Source of the DNA: Amphiscolops sp. MND2022
Taxonomy: Eukaryota
Assembly (NCBI GenBank): GCA_964187785.1
Contig: OZ076417.1
Location: 16,554,001 to 16,618,000 of the forward strand
Direction of reading: 5' to 3'
DNA: 64,000 bases
Shown: piece by piece, positions 1 through 11,939 of the stretch
Position numbering within the stretch: the stretch's first letter is position 1
How the letters are laid out: every line of letters begins with the position of its first letter
The notes under the pieces: model-generated
The model's database searches: none
The model's input: the letters and a program-made list of their open reading frames with translations, nothing else
Told to the model about the DNA's origin: nothing
Program-made: the position numbers and the translations under genes

Positions 1-34
1 GTGAGACCGAAGTCCCATGTCTAGGCAACCTAAC

Positions 35-161
35 CCTTTTCGCAGCTATAGATTTTTATCTTGTAGCCTGGCGTTCCAACTAGATTAGTTTCACTTGCGA
101 CCTGCGATGGATGAATTTCGAAATGTATGTCAAAAATAGATTTTTGTCCGACTTCCCGTTC
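35..161 (-). CDS. Candidate host exon, possible cytoplasmic tail (EREVGQKSIFDIHFEIHPSQVASETNLVGTPGYKIKIYSCEK)
   Basis: Acceptor ...cccttacag and donor gttagg flank an open frame, phase 0 to 1. This is compatible with the phase-0 end of the candidate TM exon at 3590-3657. No recognisable domain. Confidence 0.25.
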
Positions 162-699
162 CTGTAAGGGCTAAAACTAGGAAAAACGTTCTATCGATTA
201 CTCGATTGCCTTTCTATATTTCCAAGCCTGTCAGGCTTCTTTTTAACACAACGCCTAATTTTTTATTCTATTTTTAATTTTATTGCAAAGTACAATTGTC
301 TCTAAGGCAAAGTTTTCATCCCTGTTCAATTACCTTCAATATGACTTTGCTCGAACAATTCTGAATCGTTATTTCAGCACCTAGTTCAAGTACAGGGGAA
401 TCCTCAGTATTTTAGGGAAGCCCCTAAAAAATTGGATGACTTTTTGATCGGCGAATTCGTTTTTTTTGTCTACTCTCTTCAGGCTTCAAAAGCAACTATC
501 CTATTTTCCTGTTAATTGAGGTGAGTTCTGAGTGGAGGACGACATTCACCTGAGCGTTGAAAATTCAAAAATTAATTACAACAAGCCTGACCCTTACAAG
601 CAAGTAGTAAAGATACGAATTATTACGTATCCCATAAAAGCAGGTAGGAAAAACCTTTGAGGCCTTACCCCTCACACGCAACATTAAAGCGCAGATCAC

Positions 700-3150
700 A
701 AAAAGACGAACGACTATGTGCATCGAGATAAAGCCTTGAGGCCTTACCTGAAGCCAGCAAGGGGTTCAGTTTCATCTCCCACAGTGATTATGAAGACCTG
801 CCCACCGTACCAAACGTTGACAAACATGGACGACTTACACCGGATCATGCTGAGTTTTCAAGCTGAAATTCGAGATCAACTCCCCGAGCTGAGAAAGAAG
901 ACATAAATCTTTTAGCCCTAAACAAGTTGATGAAAAACGAAACACTGAGCGACACTTTGTTCCCAGAGGACCTGCAGTACTTTGCAAAAGGATGTTATCA
1001 CTATAAAAAGACCATGGTTTTTCGAACCCAGATGCAATTCTGCCCGTCAACTACGTTCCGCAAAAGTATGCAATGCACGTGCGACCGTGCATGATTGCCA
1101 TGCCATAATTGTACCAGCATGAGACTTTGCAACTTTGCACAGGACGCGTGATGAGCCAGGGTCGCAAGGCGTAGGAAGGGTAATAGAAAGGATACAAGAA
1201 AAGTATACGTGGCCAGTATCAACAGTGTTTTAGTCAATCACATCAAACTGTATTTAATAGGTCAACAAACAACACATCCCGCTGGGAATCCCTGCAATCC
1301 ACTGTGGAGCATTAGTGTTAGTAATGTTAACGATTTACTACAGTTTGACCACTTGAAGTTTTGCAAAACCAGAGGAAACACACGACTGCTTGTCATTATC
1401 TAACATTTTCCCATGTTTTCGGAAGCGATCCCGTGTCTTAATGACTAGTAGGAAGCCCAGACAACAACAAAGGTCACTCTCAACGAATGGTTTGCCAGTT
1501 ATGGAACTACTGCCCGAATACAATTAGACACCACAATCAATTCCACAGCAAAACAGCACACGAACTAACGAAAGCGTCACATGTCACCGAAGTAAGCTTT
1601 AACTTTCCTCACCCAAAAGATAACTGTCTTGCGGGACTACAAAACCGTTAATTAATTACCTTGCTCGGAGGTTACACATCTCGCAGGATGCAAGACTGGG
1701 ACGAGTACAGAGACGAAGTCTTAGGTGCCTACAATTCCACCAGATACAAAAAACAAGGTTTTCGCCACACATGCACCAGCTGAAGTCAATCCCGCTCCCA
1801 TTCATATATCCTTAGTTCGCAGCGCGAGGAATTGGGTCTAAGGACAAAATTGTGGAGCTCCTTTTAGCCAGACAAGAAAGTTACGAACTTGTGCGCAGGA
1901 ACACACATCAGGCACAGTATAGACAGAAACAAATGGTTGACAGCCACCGCCAAGGCAAAGACACACGTCGTTTGTCTTTTCTGCCACATTTTTCTGAAGG
2001 TTTGTACCCACAAATTTATTCCCAGCTGACGCGAACCTAAAAAGAGGTTACCGACGTGTTACAAGACGGCCTGCTATACGTACTAGACACAGGCCAAAAA
2101 GTCCACTTCGAGTGTTTAAAAAAGCATGTGCCGCACGATCAAAATCCTCACAGCTGAACCCTGTGTGGAGGAAAGCAACGAGGAGATAACATCAGACATA
2201 TCAAGAGACTCTCTTTTACCAGAACAACTGCCAGAGGCATTACATGCACTGGAATCAATCATGCCGATCTCTCCTCGCACAATACAAAGCGCACTCAAAC
2301 GGCGTTAGAACAAGAGTTTGCTCGTAGGCGTCTCAGTCACTTTGGATATCCGTTGGCATCCCAGTCAAACTATGAGATATTTGAACAACCGATAGTTAAA
2401 TTGCAACAACCCTTGGTTTTCTTGGACGATGTTGAACCAGACCAAGTAGAGGCCCTACCAAAAAACACCCACTCACTCTTTTCCATTCCTTGATAGGAAC
2501 ATCGACACCACTATCAATCCCATCGCTTAGCAGCTTCCCACATTTCGGTTCGCAAGCTGCAGACCAATCAGTGCCAGTATTCCTGAATGAGCCCCCGAAA
2601 GGGACCGAAGAAGAAGCTGAAGCTAACGTTCAAAATCCCACAACCCGGCGGGTCAACAAGCAACCGATGAAGACAAACAGGTCAAATTCCAGGTGGTTGG
2701 AGAGGAAGTACCACTTCATCTAGTAGAAATACAGCAACATCAAGCAGACCAATCACTTGATCAAGAATACAAGTAGGAAGACGAACACGCACCAAATTTA
2801 GGTCGAGAATCATAGAAGGAGCAATGACCTTGCCGAAAATCACAAAGAGCATGTCACAGAATCAACAAAACACAAAATAAATGATCTCAACTCAAGCACA
2901 ACGATACCAACAGAGATGTAATCGAACGCCAATATGCAGAACCAGCGGCTCCCGTAACCGTCAATGCGTCAACCAAGTCAAGGCGAAAGCACTGGCGAAA
3001 TGATTGACTCGGAGAGCGGGTAACCCGACCGAGAGGCTTGGATTTTAAGGGCCTTGAAACTTGAGCTTCCAGCAGTTCGCCACAAGGTAGTAACAGAAAA
3101 GACATTCTCAAGCATTGAACCAGGTGTAATTCCACCGCTAAAGACTGCCT
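700..3150 (+). mobile_element. Decayed Ty3/Gypsy LTR retrotransposon fragment (integrase plus downstream region)
   Basis: Frame-broken integrase: zinc-binding-like IIVPA*DFATLHRTRDEPGSQGVGRVIERIQEKYTWP (about 1105-1215) and core NDLLQFDHLKFCK...LLVII...FSEAIPC (about 1330-1440). Similar to the minus-strand integrase at 33430-34460. Confidence 0.75.
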
Positions 3151-3589
3151 TGAATGTTGAGGAGCATCTTGTAATTTTATCAGTGTATGCGTTAATTGAC
3201 TATATTATCCTAATTTTTATGGCTCCAGGCTGATCATACTCTGCGCCATAAAAGTTTGTGGTTGCAGGCTGATCATAGACTCAACCACATATGTCCCAGA
3301 ATATGGTCAGGCTGGAACCATAAACTTTGCTTTTTTATGGAACATGACGTATCATAAAAAAGGCCATGTATGTCCAGAGTAAACCTTCATCGTCCAGAGT
3401 ATAATTAGACTGGAATCATATTGTGAGTATGATGGCAGAGCTTGATTGGCATGTTTTTGGAGGGAGGGAAACCCGTGATAACTTCAGCCATGTATCGAGA
3501 CTCGCTCCTAACTGAACAATCACTTGGAAGAACAACCACAAAAAGATCGGTTCTTCGACGGGAACGTTTTCACCTTCTCCTTCTGTTAC

Positions 3590-3657
3590 CTTGATGACAC
3601 ACACGTAGATAATGACCTTGCACCCGTAGATAATGACAACTATGACAAACAGCGACC
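3590..3657 (-). CDS. Candidate transmembrane exon of host gene (SLFVIVVIIYGCKVIIYVCVIK)
   Basis: Acceptor ttttggtcacag, donor AAG|gtaaca, phase 1 to 0, hydrophobic 22-residue stretch. Confidence 0.35.
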
Positions 3658-4364
3658 CTGTGACCAAAAAACGTCAACCTTCGATCAAAGTATCACACTG
3701 AAAATGACGAAGCTAGCTGGTACGCGAAATCAGTAAAGACAATTGAAGGAAAGAACAAGACACACACTGTAACCCTATCACGGCACTCTGTTTTATCGAA
3801 ACAAAACTTACTATTACCAAAACTGTGATTTTATTGGAAAATTCACACGAACAATTTATCCAAGTTTGTCCGCAAACTCACGAAATGTCGCATTTTCCAT
3901 ATTTTCGGTATGGCTTTTTCCACAGACCAAGTTATCACCGTGTTACGGGCAAAATTGTGGATTATCGTTTCCACGTTTAGGTATTTAGAAAAGCATGATC
4001 GCTTAGATCTTGTATTGTTGTCCAATAAAATCATAGAAGTGTGTTTCAACTAATGACCAATTTTCGAGGTATGTAAGGAATCTTAAGTTACGCTTTTACA
4101 TGCTTAAGGGAAGTTAAATAGATGAGATATGGTGTTTGAGTTCCGGTCTATTGGATGTCCCTTGAAAAAGGGTTTTTAGAAACCGGCCCCAGCCTTCAAC
4201 ATCTATCCCCAAGTTGTCCACAACCTATACTCTCTGACCATTGTTCAAAGTGCTGCAGCCTCTATATTGAAAAATTTCAAAATTTCTCTATTTTACCTTC
4301 TGCACAGGCCTGTTTTAGGCTGTGCATAAGTTCTTTCGCAGAAATCGTTGGCAAATGAAGTAAA

Positions 4365-5200
4365 ATGGGAGAACACGGCAGGTTAGCTTCTGTTGATTCG
4401 TCGTATTATCCAAAACAGGACAAAGTACTCTCTTCGACAGACGATGATCTTAACAAGTATCTGAACAAAACGGTGAAAGGCAATGTAGCGAGCATTTTCA
4501 AGGAGCTCATCAACAGATATCGTGACAACGGAACAATCAAAACCGAGATTAGTGAGATGAAATAGTCTCTCGGAAAGGTCTAGAGGGTAGAAGAAGTCCA
4601 GCAGGTGAAGGAACAATCACCACTCTCAAAAGCATCATACAGTGAAGTAACGCAGTCCGTTGTAAAAGTAGGAGAAGATGTTCAACAACTGAAAGAACAA
4701 CCAGTACCCACAAAAGCAACAAACCATGAAATAACTCACCACGAGATAAACATCAATGAAAGAACAATCGAATTAAAAGATTCGGGAATTCCTGAATTCA
4801 AATCCTCCAACGCCAAATCAAATCGGAGGGAACAAATTGACTACGAAGAAAAGAGTATTGCTACCATTGTAAAATACCTCGGATGCGAAGACGATTGCAT
4901 TAAATCGTTCAATCGGCTGGGCAAATATCAACCGATTACTACACGTCCACGAACATTCATGGTCAAGTGTAAAACCGAGCTCATTGTGAACAAAAACCTT
5001 GCAAGAGCCAGCAAGTTAAGGCTCTACGAAGGCGATGGAATACAAGTTAAATATAGAGTGTTCATCAGCAAATCACTCAGCAAAAACAGAACAAGAATTA
5101 GAGAACAAATTGCTTAAAAAGAGGGGAGAACTGATAAACGAGGGAAACCAGCCTTCAACGCTGCGGATTCGGAATTTTCAAAATTTTCTTGAATGACCGC
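4365..5200 (+). pseudogene. LINE ORF1 (interrupted)
   Basis: ORFs 4365-4565 and 4605-5117. The motif FNRLGKYQP..RPRTFMVKC...RASKL...VFISKSLS is typical of CR1/L2-group ORF1 C-terminal regions. Confidence 0.7.
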
Positions 5201-5224
5201 AGAGTTGACTAAGACTTTCAGACC

Positions 5225-8030
5225 AGTTATTTTCTGTATTACAACATAACGCTAAAAGTGTAAGAAATAAAGAATACCGAATCTCTCTATCCAATTACGC
5301 TTGCATGAAGGACCTCGATATATTATTGATATGTGAAACATGGCGAACGAAACTCATCAATGACGAAGAACTTTACCTTCCTTCCACAATATGATCTGTT
5401 TAGATCTGAAAGACTTCCCAACAAAGATGGAAATTCCTTGCATGGCGGAGCACCGGTTGCACTTTAGAAGCGCTATACTGGCAAAAAAAAATACTTCACC
5501 AACAAAGTATCTGGCTGCCTGTACAGCATGCACATTTACGTTTAATTCATCAACTATTTTTCTCATTAACTGTTACTTCCGTCCTTCTGAGAGCGAACAC
5601 ATACTTAGTCCGTCAGTTATAACAGAACTTTTCAATGTTTTTGCCACTACCAAACATGACGCTGTAATCATGACTGGTGATTTTAACTACTGTGATATCG
5701 ACTCGAGAGATCTTTCGTACCAAAATGAGACACAGAAACTTCTCCTGAACTTCGCTGAAAAATTAGTCTCGATCGAAAAGTACCCATTGACACAATTATC
5801 TCTGGTATATACGCTCTATTGTTCATTTCAAGGAAAACTGAAGTACAGGATATACGCATAGCTGAAGAAATCGTCGGAGTAAAGTCCAATCATGAACCTT
5901 TATGATCTATCTTTTCTGTAAGAAGCCATGAAAATAGGTTCAAACGTGACAATTCATCAGAAATCCTAAGCTACTGCAAAGCAGAACACCCTCGGATGGA
6001 AGAACTTATCATTCAAAATCCATTTGAAACATTTTGCTTGTCCAATATTGACCATTTAGTTGAAATATGGTACAAATGGATCAGAGGAATAATACGAGAA
6101 ACAACCCCTCTTAGAACTAAACATCGATCAAACCTTCCCCCATGGGTAACGTCTTCAACGTCGCACCTTATTAAGAAACTTAACACTGCGAAAAAAAAAC
6201 AGAATAGCGAATCAAAATTAGGAAAACTTGATAAAGTTGTCTCACTGGCCCTGGTCAATTAACAAAAATCCTATGAAGAACATCTTTCAGATGACAGAAA
6301 AACCAACCGGTTGTTTAAGTTTTATCGCCAACTGAATTGCTCCTCCTTGCCATCCTCAATGTTCCTTGCTAATGAAACACACACAAAAAACCTCGGCAAA
6401 GCATCGCTATTGGCCAAGCTCTTCTCAAGTGTTTATTTCGAGTCCACGACATTCAATCCAGATCAAGAGAATCCAGAATGTCAGTTCCATATCATTACAA
6501 AACTTAGAAAAAATCTGCAAAATCTGCTTATTTTGAATATCAGTAAAAGTGAATTACCTGACCTCCTACCACCGATTGTTTTTGCAAAGTGATAAAATCT
6601 TTATCAAAATCTGTGTATCAACTCATGTCAAAATCGCGTTTTCCGTTGTAAGTCCTATCCACAAAAAACGGAAACAAGTGTGATGTTACAAATTATTGCT
6701 CAGTTTCTCTTTTGTGCATAATTTTGAAAATCAAGGAAAATTTTCTCTTCATGAAGCTGTATGAACACTACCAAGATCAACTGCACAACTCGCAATTTGC
6801 CTGTAGAAAGGGACGCTCGAGTTCCCTAAATCTGTGGGTTTATTTGGACGAAACTTATAGATCCTTAATGGAAAAGCAACAAATTAGTGTAGTATACACA
6901 CACTTTGGGCAGATCATGGCTTTCTATTGCAAAAACTGTTTCGAACCGGAATAAGAGGCGAACTTTAAGTTTAACTTACTCGTACTTTCAAATAGTGAAA
7001 CTTGTACTTTCGTACTACAAATAGTGAAAGTGGATGACGCTATACATCACAACCATTTCATGCAACCAGTGGAGATGCGCAAGGTGGCATATTATGTTCA
7101 CTATTTTTCAACATATTCATCAACGATCTTCCTCAACTATGTCAGTTTCCCTGGGCTATCCTTTATGCGGACGATGCAAAGATTTTATGTCTGAACTTAA
7201 CATTATTAGAAAAACGAGAAGAATTGAACAATATTTCCATCTAGAGCGTGGATAATTTTCTTAATTTTAACCTTGACAATTGTGGCCACCTCTGCCTCAA
7301 GAATGAAAACCATGATCAGTTGACTCCATTACAATCAAAGGACCAAGAGACAGACCTTGGTGTGTTTAATGCGAAATTTCAGAGTTGGGTTCCACATTTC
7401 AAGTCGAGAGCCAAAAAGGCCTGTAGAGTCTTTTACATGATCAAGAGAAACTCTCCCAGCCTAAGTAGCCAACACAAACTAAATTTATACAAGAGCATGA
7501 TCTTGCCAATTCTCACACACTCATCGATCGCACTACCATTCAACGTGGAATGCATGTGAATCCTCAAAAGAGTTCAGAAGAAAGTCTTCAAATGGATTGT
7601 TCCAGATAGTACTTATACGCACTGACTTATCAAACTAAGTATACTACCCGTCCCGTTTTACTTTCAACTGCTGGATCTCCTGCATCTCTTGAAAATACTG
7701 ACACAAAATATCAACTATGATTTCTCTGAAAAATTTAACTATTCACCGAACAACGAATATACTTATCACACGATACTAGAACCCTATCATTTCTTGCAAG
7801 AAAGTAAACCTCAACCCGCTACTGCAGAACAAAATTTTTGGTTCCGAGCGAAACGCCTAGCCATGCAATTACCGTCTCCAATTGACATTCGTGAATATGA
7901 GACTCTAAAACCGAATCTGCTCTACTGGATCTGGCTTGAGTTTCACGACACCTTTGATGAGCTGAACACTTGAACTTGGAGAAAGAAATGCAACTGTGTG
8001 GCAAAAATTGCAGACTAATAAACAACTGAA
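5225..8030 (+). pseudogene. LINE ORF2 (AP endonuclease + reverse transcriptase), frameshifted
   Basis: APE motifs LQHNAKSVRNK, DIILICETW, NCYFRPS and MTGDFN. RT motifs QFACRKGRS, GDAQGGILCSLFFNIFINDLP and LYADDAKI. Confidence 0.85.
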
Positions 8031-8499
8031 ACCCTGACTCTTCTACGCGAGACTTATATGTACTTATGAAACAGACTACTGCTTCTGAAACGGCAACTAA
8101 AACAGAAGTTTCAAATTTGCACTGAAAATTGTACAATAATATATTATGCTGTGTGCCACTTGATATATCTGGAAGGGGTTAAACCCCGTGTTGTGAAAAC
8201 CACAGAAAGAATTCATATTATTAATATTTAATAATAATAAAAGTGTCTGGACTTAGACTGCACTGGCGTTTCACCAAGGAACTCTAAAATTAGGAGTATC
8301 CTTGACGAATGAAAAGTCCCCCAGAAGAACATTTTCTGGGTAAAAACTAATGCTTGGGTTTCTGTAAGACCACGGTCGGAAGCGTAGGCAACCTATGCAT
8401 CTTCCGAGCTATAGCTTGTATTCCTTCTGGTGGACGTTGCAAAATGAACTAGAAGGGATCATCAGCAACTACAGCCAAAGAAAAAGTAAAGATCCTTAC

Positions 8500-8730
8500 C
8501 AGAGAGCAATCCTTTCCTGTTCAAAATTGCTACCGCTGTAATGTGGTAAGCACCATCCAATTGGAGTTCAACAAAATGGTACTTTAGAGACCACCAATTT
8601 GTTACAAAGCAATCACCATCGTGCAAATTCCCCTCGCGACCCAGTTTGCCGTCGATTAGGTTACTCACGTCGTTTTCAGCTGAATCGCGAAAGGAAGATG
8701 AAGCTGACGTCGTTATTGGCTGGATCCAGC
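8500..8730 (-). CDS. Host exon: N-terminal half of an F-type lectin/discoidin (galactose-binding-like) domain
   Basis: Acceptor attctttcag, donor gtaagg, 231 nt, phase 1-1. WIQPITTSASSSF...SNLIDG...CFVT...HFVELQLDGAYHITAVAILNR follows the ASS..A.DG..C..T..W..V.L...Y.I..V.I.NR pattern. Confidence 0.7.
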
Positions 8731-8995
8731 CTGAAAGAATAATTGGAAGAGTTCATATCCCAACGCCCCTGTCAAACCAAACACATCAAACTGCTTGAAT
8801 GCATAAACAGTTATAATGTGGAGTAATAATATGAGAATAGATTAGGTTATTCAATCACAAAGCGTTTTTATTTTTGAACAATATAATCAGAACAGTTTCA
8901 TGAGGTGATGACAACGCGACAACCAGAAATAAAGAAGACTCCTACACATTTCAATTATCTCATGGTCGAAAACAAAACAGTCAGTTACTGATTAT

Positions 8996-9365
8996 ACAAG
9001 CCGGGACCGGCCCAATTCGGCGCCATATTTAAGGCTCAAAAATAGCAAAAGGACTTCAAAGTGTCAAGTATTCCCTTCTACAGCACCTGAAAAAATTTTT
9101 TCAGATAAAAAAAGTCTCGCAATGACGAAAAAACTGAAAGGGGAACCCTTTAGTCTCGTCCGGTATTGTATGTTACGCTGAAAACGTTTTTGGTTCAGTT
9201 CCTTCGGCCAACGGGTACAGTTTGGCATATACTTAAAATTTTGTAGAACTTTTGGTAGAACTAGTTTGGTCACTTCAGGTGTATCGAAAAAAAAACACTG
9301 ACGAAACGCCATGACTATAGTCGACTCTTTTGTTAAGAAAAATACCGACTAAAAATGAAAACAAA
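8996..9365 (+). mobile_element. Non-autonomous repeat, Helentron/DINE-like; second copy at 48549-48906
   Basis: Shared 5' sequence acaagccgg..cggcccaa.tcggcgccatat.taaggctcaaaaa. The 5' tcggc/gtcggcg is inverted by ccgact near the 3' end. Classification is inference. Confidence 0.5.
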
Positions 9366-9599
9366 ACTTTCTTTGATACTGAAAGAATTCCGACATTATG
9401 AAAGTTTCTGCTGAGTGATAGTTGCCTTCAAGGTTCAAATTTTGGTTAGGAGACGCATCTAGTACAATTGCTATGTTGAAAGTTATCTTCAGTTGGTACC
9501 CAAATGGTTTTCACGATAAGAAGAAAGAAGAAAGAAGTTTATTTAACTGGATAGCATGAAAACAAAATAATACAAATGATTATCTATCATTCAAATTAT

Positions 9600-10250
9600 C
9601 CAGTTAGGACACCAGATGAGCATAATTGCTCTTCGAGCTAGTGCCCTTTTTGCATATAATAGAAGCACCAACTTGCATGCTATCTTGCTCGATCAAATGT
9701 TTTGGGCACAACTTCTTTATTGTCAGTGATGTATAGGTCGTTAACAAGTTTTAGATGTTTTTTCAATTGCTCTTGGCTTAAATTTAGCAAGTTAGGGGGT
9801 ATTAAGTTCAATTCAGTCAACCTATTATAAGCTTTCATTATTGAATTTGCTAAGCATTTTTTCTTGACTACAGTTCGAGACACAATTGGAGCGAAAACTC
9901 CTTTTGAGTTCCATCTTGTTGTCGTGTTGGACTTGGGCAGTTTTTCAAAGTCTAGTAATTTCAATGGAGAATCAGATCTCATTTCTTTGAGAACTTCAGA
10001 AACCACTTCGTTCAAGAAAAGCTCGTAGACAGTACTGATTTTGTTCACAGCAAGTATTACTTGCAAGGAATCTTGTCGTTTTCTGAAAAAATTGCTCGTA
10101 CAATTCTTCTTTGCACACTCTCAATTCTAGATAGATTAGATTTGGCCGCGGCTCCGTAAATTAATAAGCCATAACCTCTCATCATAATTATATACTTCAT
10201 CCAAAAGATAACAATATATTTGACGCAAATTTAGCGCCAGTTTAAGCCCT
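9600..10250 (-). mobile_element. 5'-truncated LINE fragment (RT C-terminal region)
   Basis: Minus-strand LLIYGAAAKSNLSRIESVQRRIVRAIF, then (frameshift) ORF 9680-10066 ending ...TRWNSKGVFAPIVSRT...IMKAYNRL, typical of LINE ORF2 C-termini. Confidence 0.7.
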
Positions 10251-10273
10251 AGGGTAATACATGTATCACTCAC

Positions 10274-10459
10274 CACAGGTAGTTGTACAGCAGGGGGCGT
10301 AACACACAGGAAACTTGTTGACGTCACCATCGATCAGAAAAAAAGCATTCAAACAAAATATGTGGTTCTTGAATGTGGCAGCCATGAAATGATCATCGCA
10401 CGTACACCTCCCCGCACAATTTCTCGTCGGAACCAAACCGTCTGTGACGTAGTCTGTTC
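10274..10459 (-). CDS. Host exon: Cys-rich extracellular module (TDYVTDGLVPTRNCAGRCTCDDHF...PVCYAPCCTTTC)
   Basis: Acceptor cattgtttcag, donor gtgagt, 186 nt, open, phase 1-1. Not shown in the ORF track because it has no start codon upstream. Confidence 0.6.
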
Positions 10460-10779
10460 CTGAAACAATGGGTGTGTTGTTTTAGAACCAATGGGTGTGA
10501 AACTATGGCTACTCGAAATACTTGAATTGTTTTCCAGAAACAAAATCAACAATTCGACGCATGCATTCAATTTGTTCATTCCTTCGTCGGAAACATTGGT
10601 CTTCCTCGTCCTTCATTTGGAAATTCAATACGGTATTTAGTATCAGTAGGGTCGTTTACATTTTAACATATGACTTCAATTCGATTAGACCTTTCGTCGG
10701 AAACAATTTTTTCAATTCTCGTTCTTTATTTCGAGTTTCGAGACGTTCAAAATAAGTACCGCCATTTACTCTAGGTTGC

Positions 10780-11900
10780 TAGGCTGACAGAGCTTCTGGT
10801 GTGAGACATTATTATGGACAGAGATGGACGAGGTTGCCGTATTTTAAGGAGGCGCTAACAGAGCTGCAGGTATTAGGTCTAGAGAAGATAATTTGGTGAT
10901 GAAGAATTTATTTAACCTCTGGTGGAGTTATCAATCAGAAGGGCTTTTACAATGCGGCAGACAATGCGGCAGACAATGCGGCTCTTTAAACTGATGCGGC
11001 AGACAAAGTGTTGTTCAGAATAGAAACAAAATGCAAGACAAAGTACATATGGTGTCTAGATTAAAACTGAACAGATGAACAGAGTAAAGTCGTAGTTAAA
11101 TCGTCCGATCGCGTTTTGAAAACAAATATGCAATAATGTGGGTCTAGTTTCAGATAGTATTGTAATAAGTCAGTGTTAAAAATTGCGCTAGAAACAGATT
11201 AGGAAGATATTAAACTATTAGAGACCATTATCTTTAAAATTGAGCTTTAAAATTGAGATCAGTTTTAAATGGTACGAACTATTTGAAGAGTTGAGTTATT
11301 GTAAAATGTATTTTGAAGAATTGAGTGTGTTTCATTCTACGAAGAGTAGTCTTGTTTTATGAGGAATTGTAGTATAAAACAGAGACAGAGAAGTACTTTT
11401 CAGATATTCTGAAGTTTGAGTTGTTTTAGGTTGTTCTCTTCCATTCTTCATGTTGTTCTTGTTTGCTTTTTATTCTTTTCTTTCGTAGTGTTCGAGCATT
11501 CATGATTCACAGAAGATTCAAATTACTTGGGGGTTGGGTTACTTCATGGAGCTGAATTTACTTTTGGTATGAATAAAATCAAGTTAAGTTGATTGTATGA
11601 TCGTATGACCTTGAAAAAGCTCGTAGTTACTCCTTGGAGTGAGTAAAGTATACGAGTGGCTTAGCGTGACAGAACACCCTCGTCCTAGGATGTCTGAAAA
11701 ACTGCCATTTTTCCATTTATGAGGAGCCTGGACCAGTCATGAAAGCTGTAGCGATGGAACCCCATTTGACTGGTAACCGATTTATTGAACTGTCTACTTT
11801 TGATCCCAGTCATGAGCACTTTCATTAGCACTGTCAAATTACTAATTAATAGTACAACTATGTAATACCAGTGACTCATAATTAAGTACAACTTCTGTAA
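10780..11900 (-). mobile_element. Highly decayed LINE-like 3' fragment; related piece near 47320-47520
   Basis: Nucleotide similarity between gctaacagagctgcag..attaggtctag at about 10855 and 47330. Weak ORF2 C-terminal-like peptide (FSRPNTCSSVSASLKYG). Confidence 0.35.
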
Positions 11901-11939
11901 AAAGGTTCCCTGATTTATCTTGTGTATGCGAATCAAATA

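Larger units (their letters stand above)
4180..8242 (+). mobile_element. Near full-length, decayed non-LTR retrotransposon (CR1/L2-like LINE)
   Basis: ORF1-like region followed by APE and RT remnants, a 3' UTR and a (taa)n/A-rich tail at about 8228-8242. The 5' boundary is approximate and no TSD was found. Confidence 0.85.

Noticed and set aside
22-33. AGGTTGCCTA (minus strand) matches a stretch of 7SL/SRP RNA, and GGCAAC recalls HDV-like ribozymes
   Set aside because: Similarity does not extend beyond about 10 nt and the required helices or loops are absent.
3155-3420. Possible 3' LTR of the first Gypsy (TGTTG...ATCA with repeated caggctgatcata)
   Set aside because: No partner LTR, polypurine tract or TSD is visible in the window.
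3843-4049. ORF ending at a gtgagt donor, a possible host exon or second lectin-like half
   Set aside because: The open frame resembles nothing and has the wrong entry phase. The phase-compatible frame has three stops. Unresolved, so not called.
8449-8470. CTGATGA on the minus strand, a possible hammerhead ribozyme core
   Set aside because: No stem II followed by GAAA at a suitable distance.
9900-9930. TTTRWNS looked like the hAT transposase TRWNS motif
   Set aside because: Context on both sides is LINE ORF2 C-terminal sequence (IYGAAAKSNLSRIESVQRRIVRAIF upstream), so the match is coincidental.
10950-11000. Three tandem 12-bp units (acaatgcggcag)
   Set aside because: Simple slippage repeat within a decayed LINE-like fragment.
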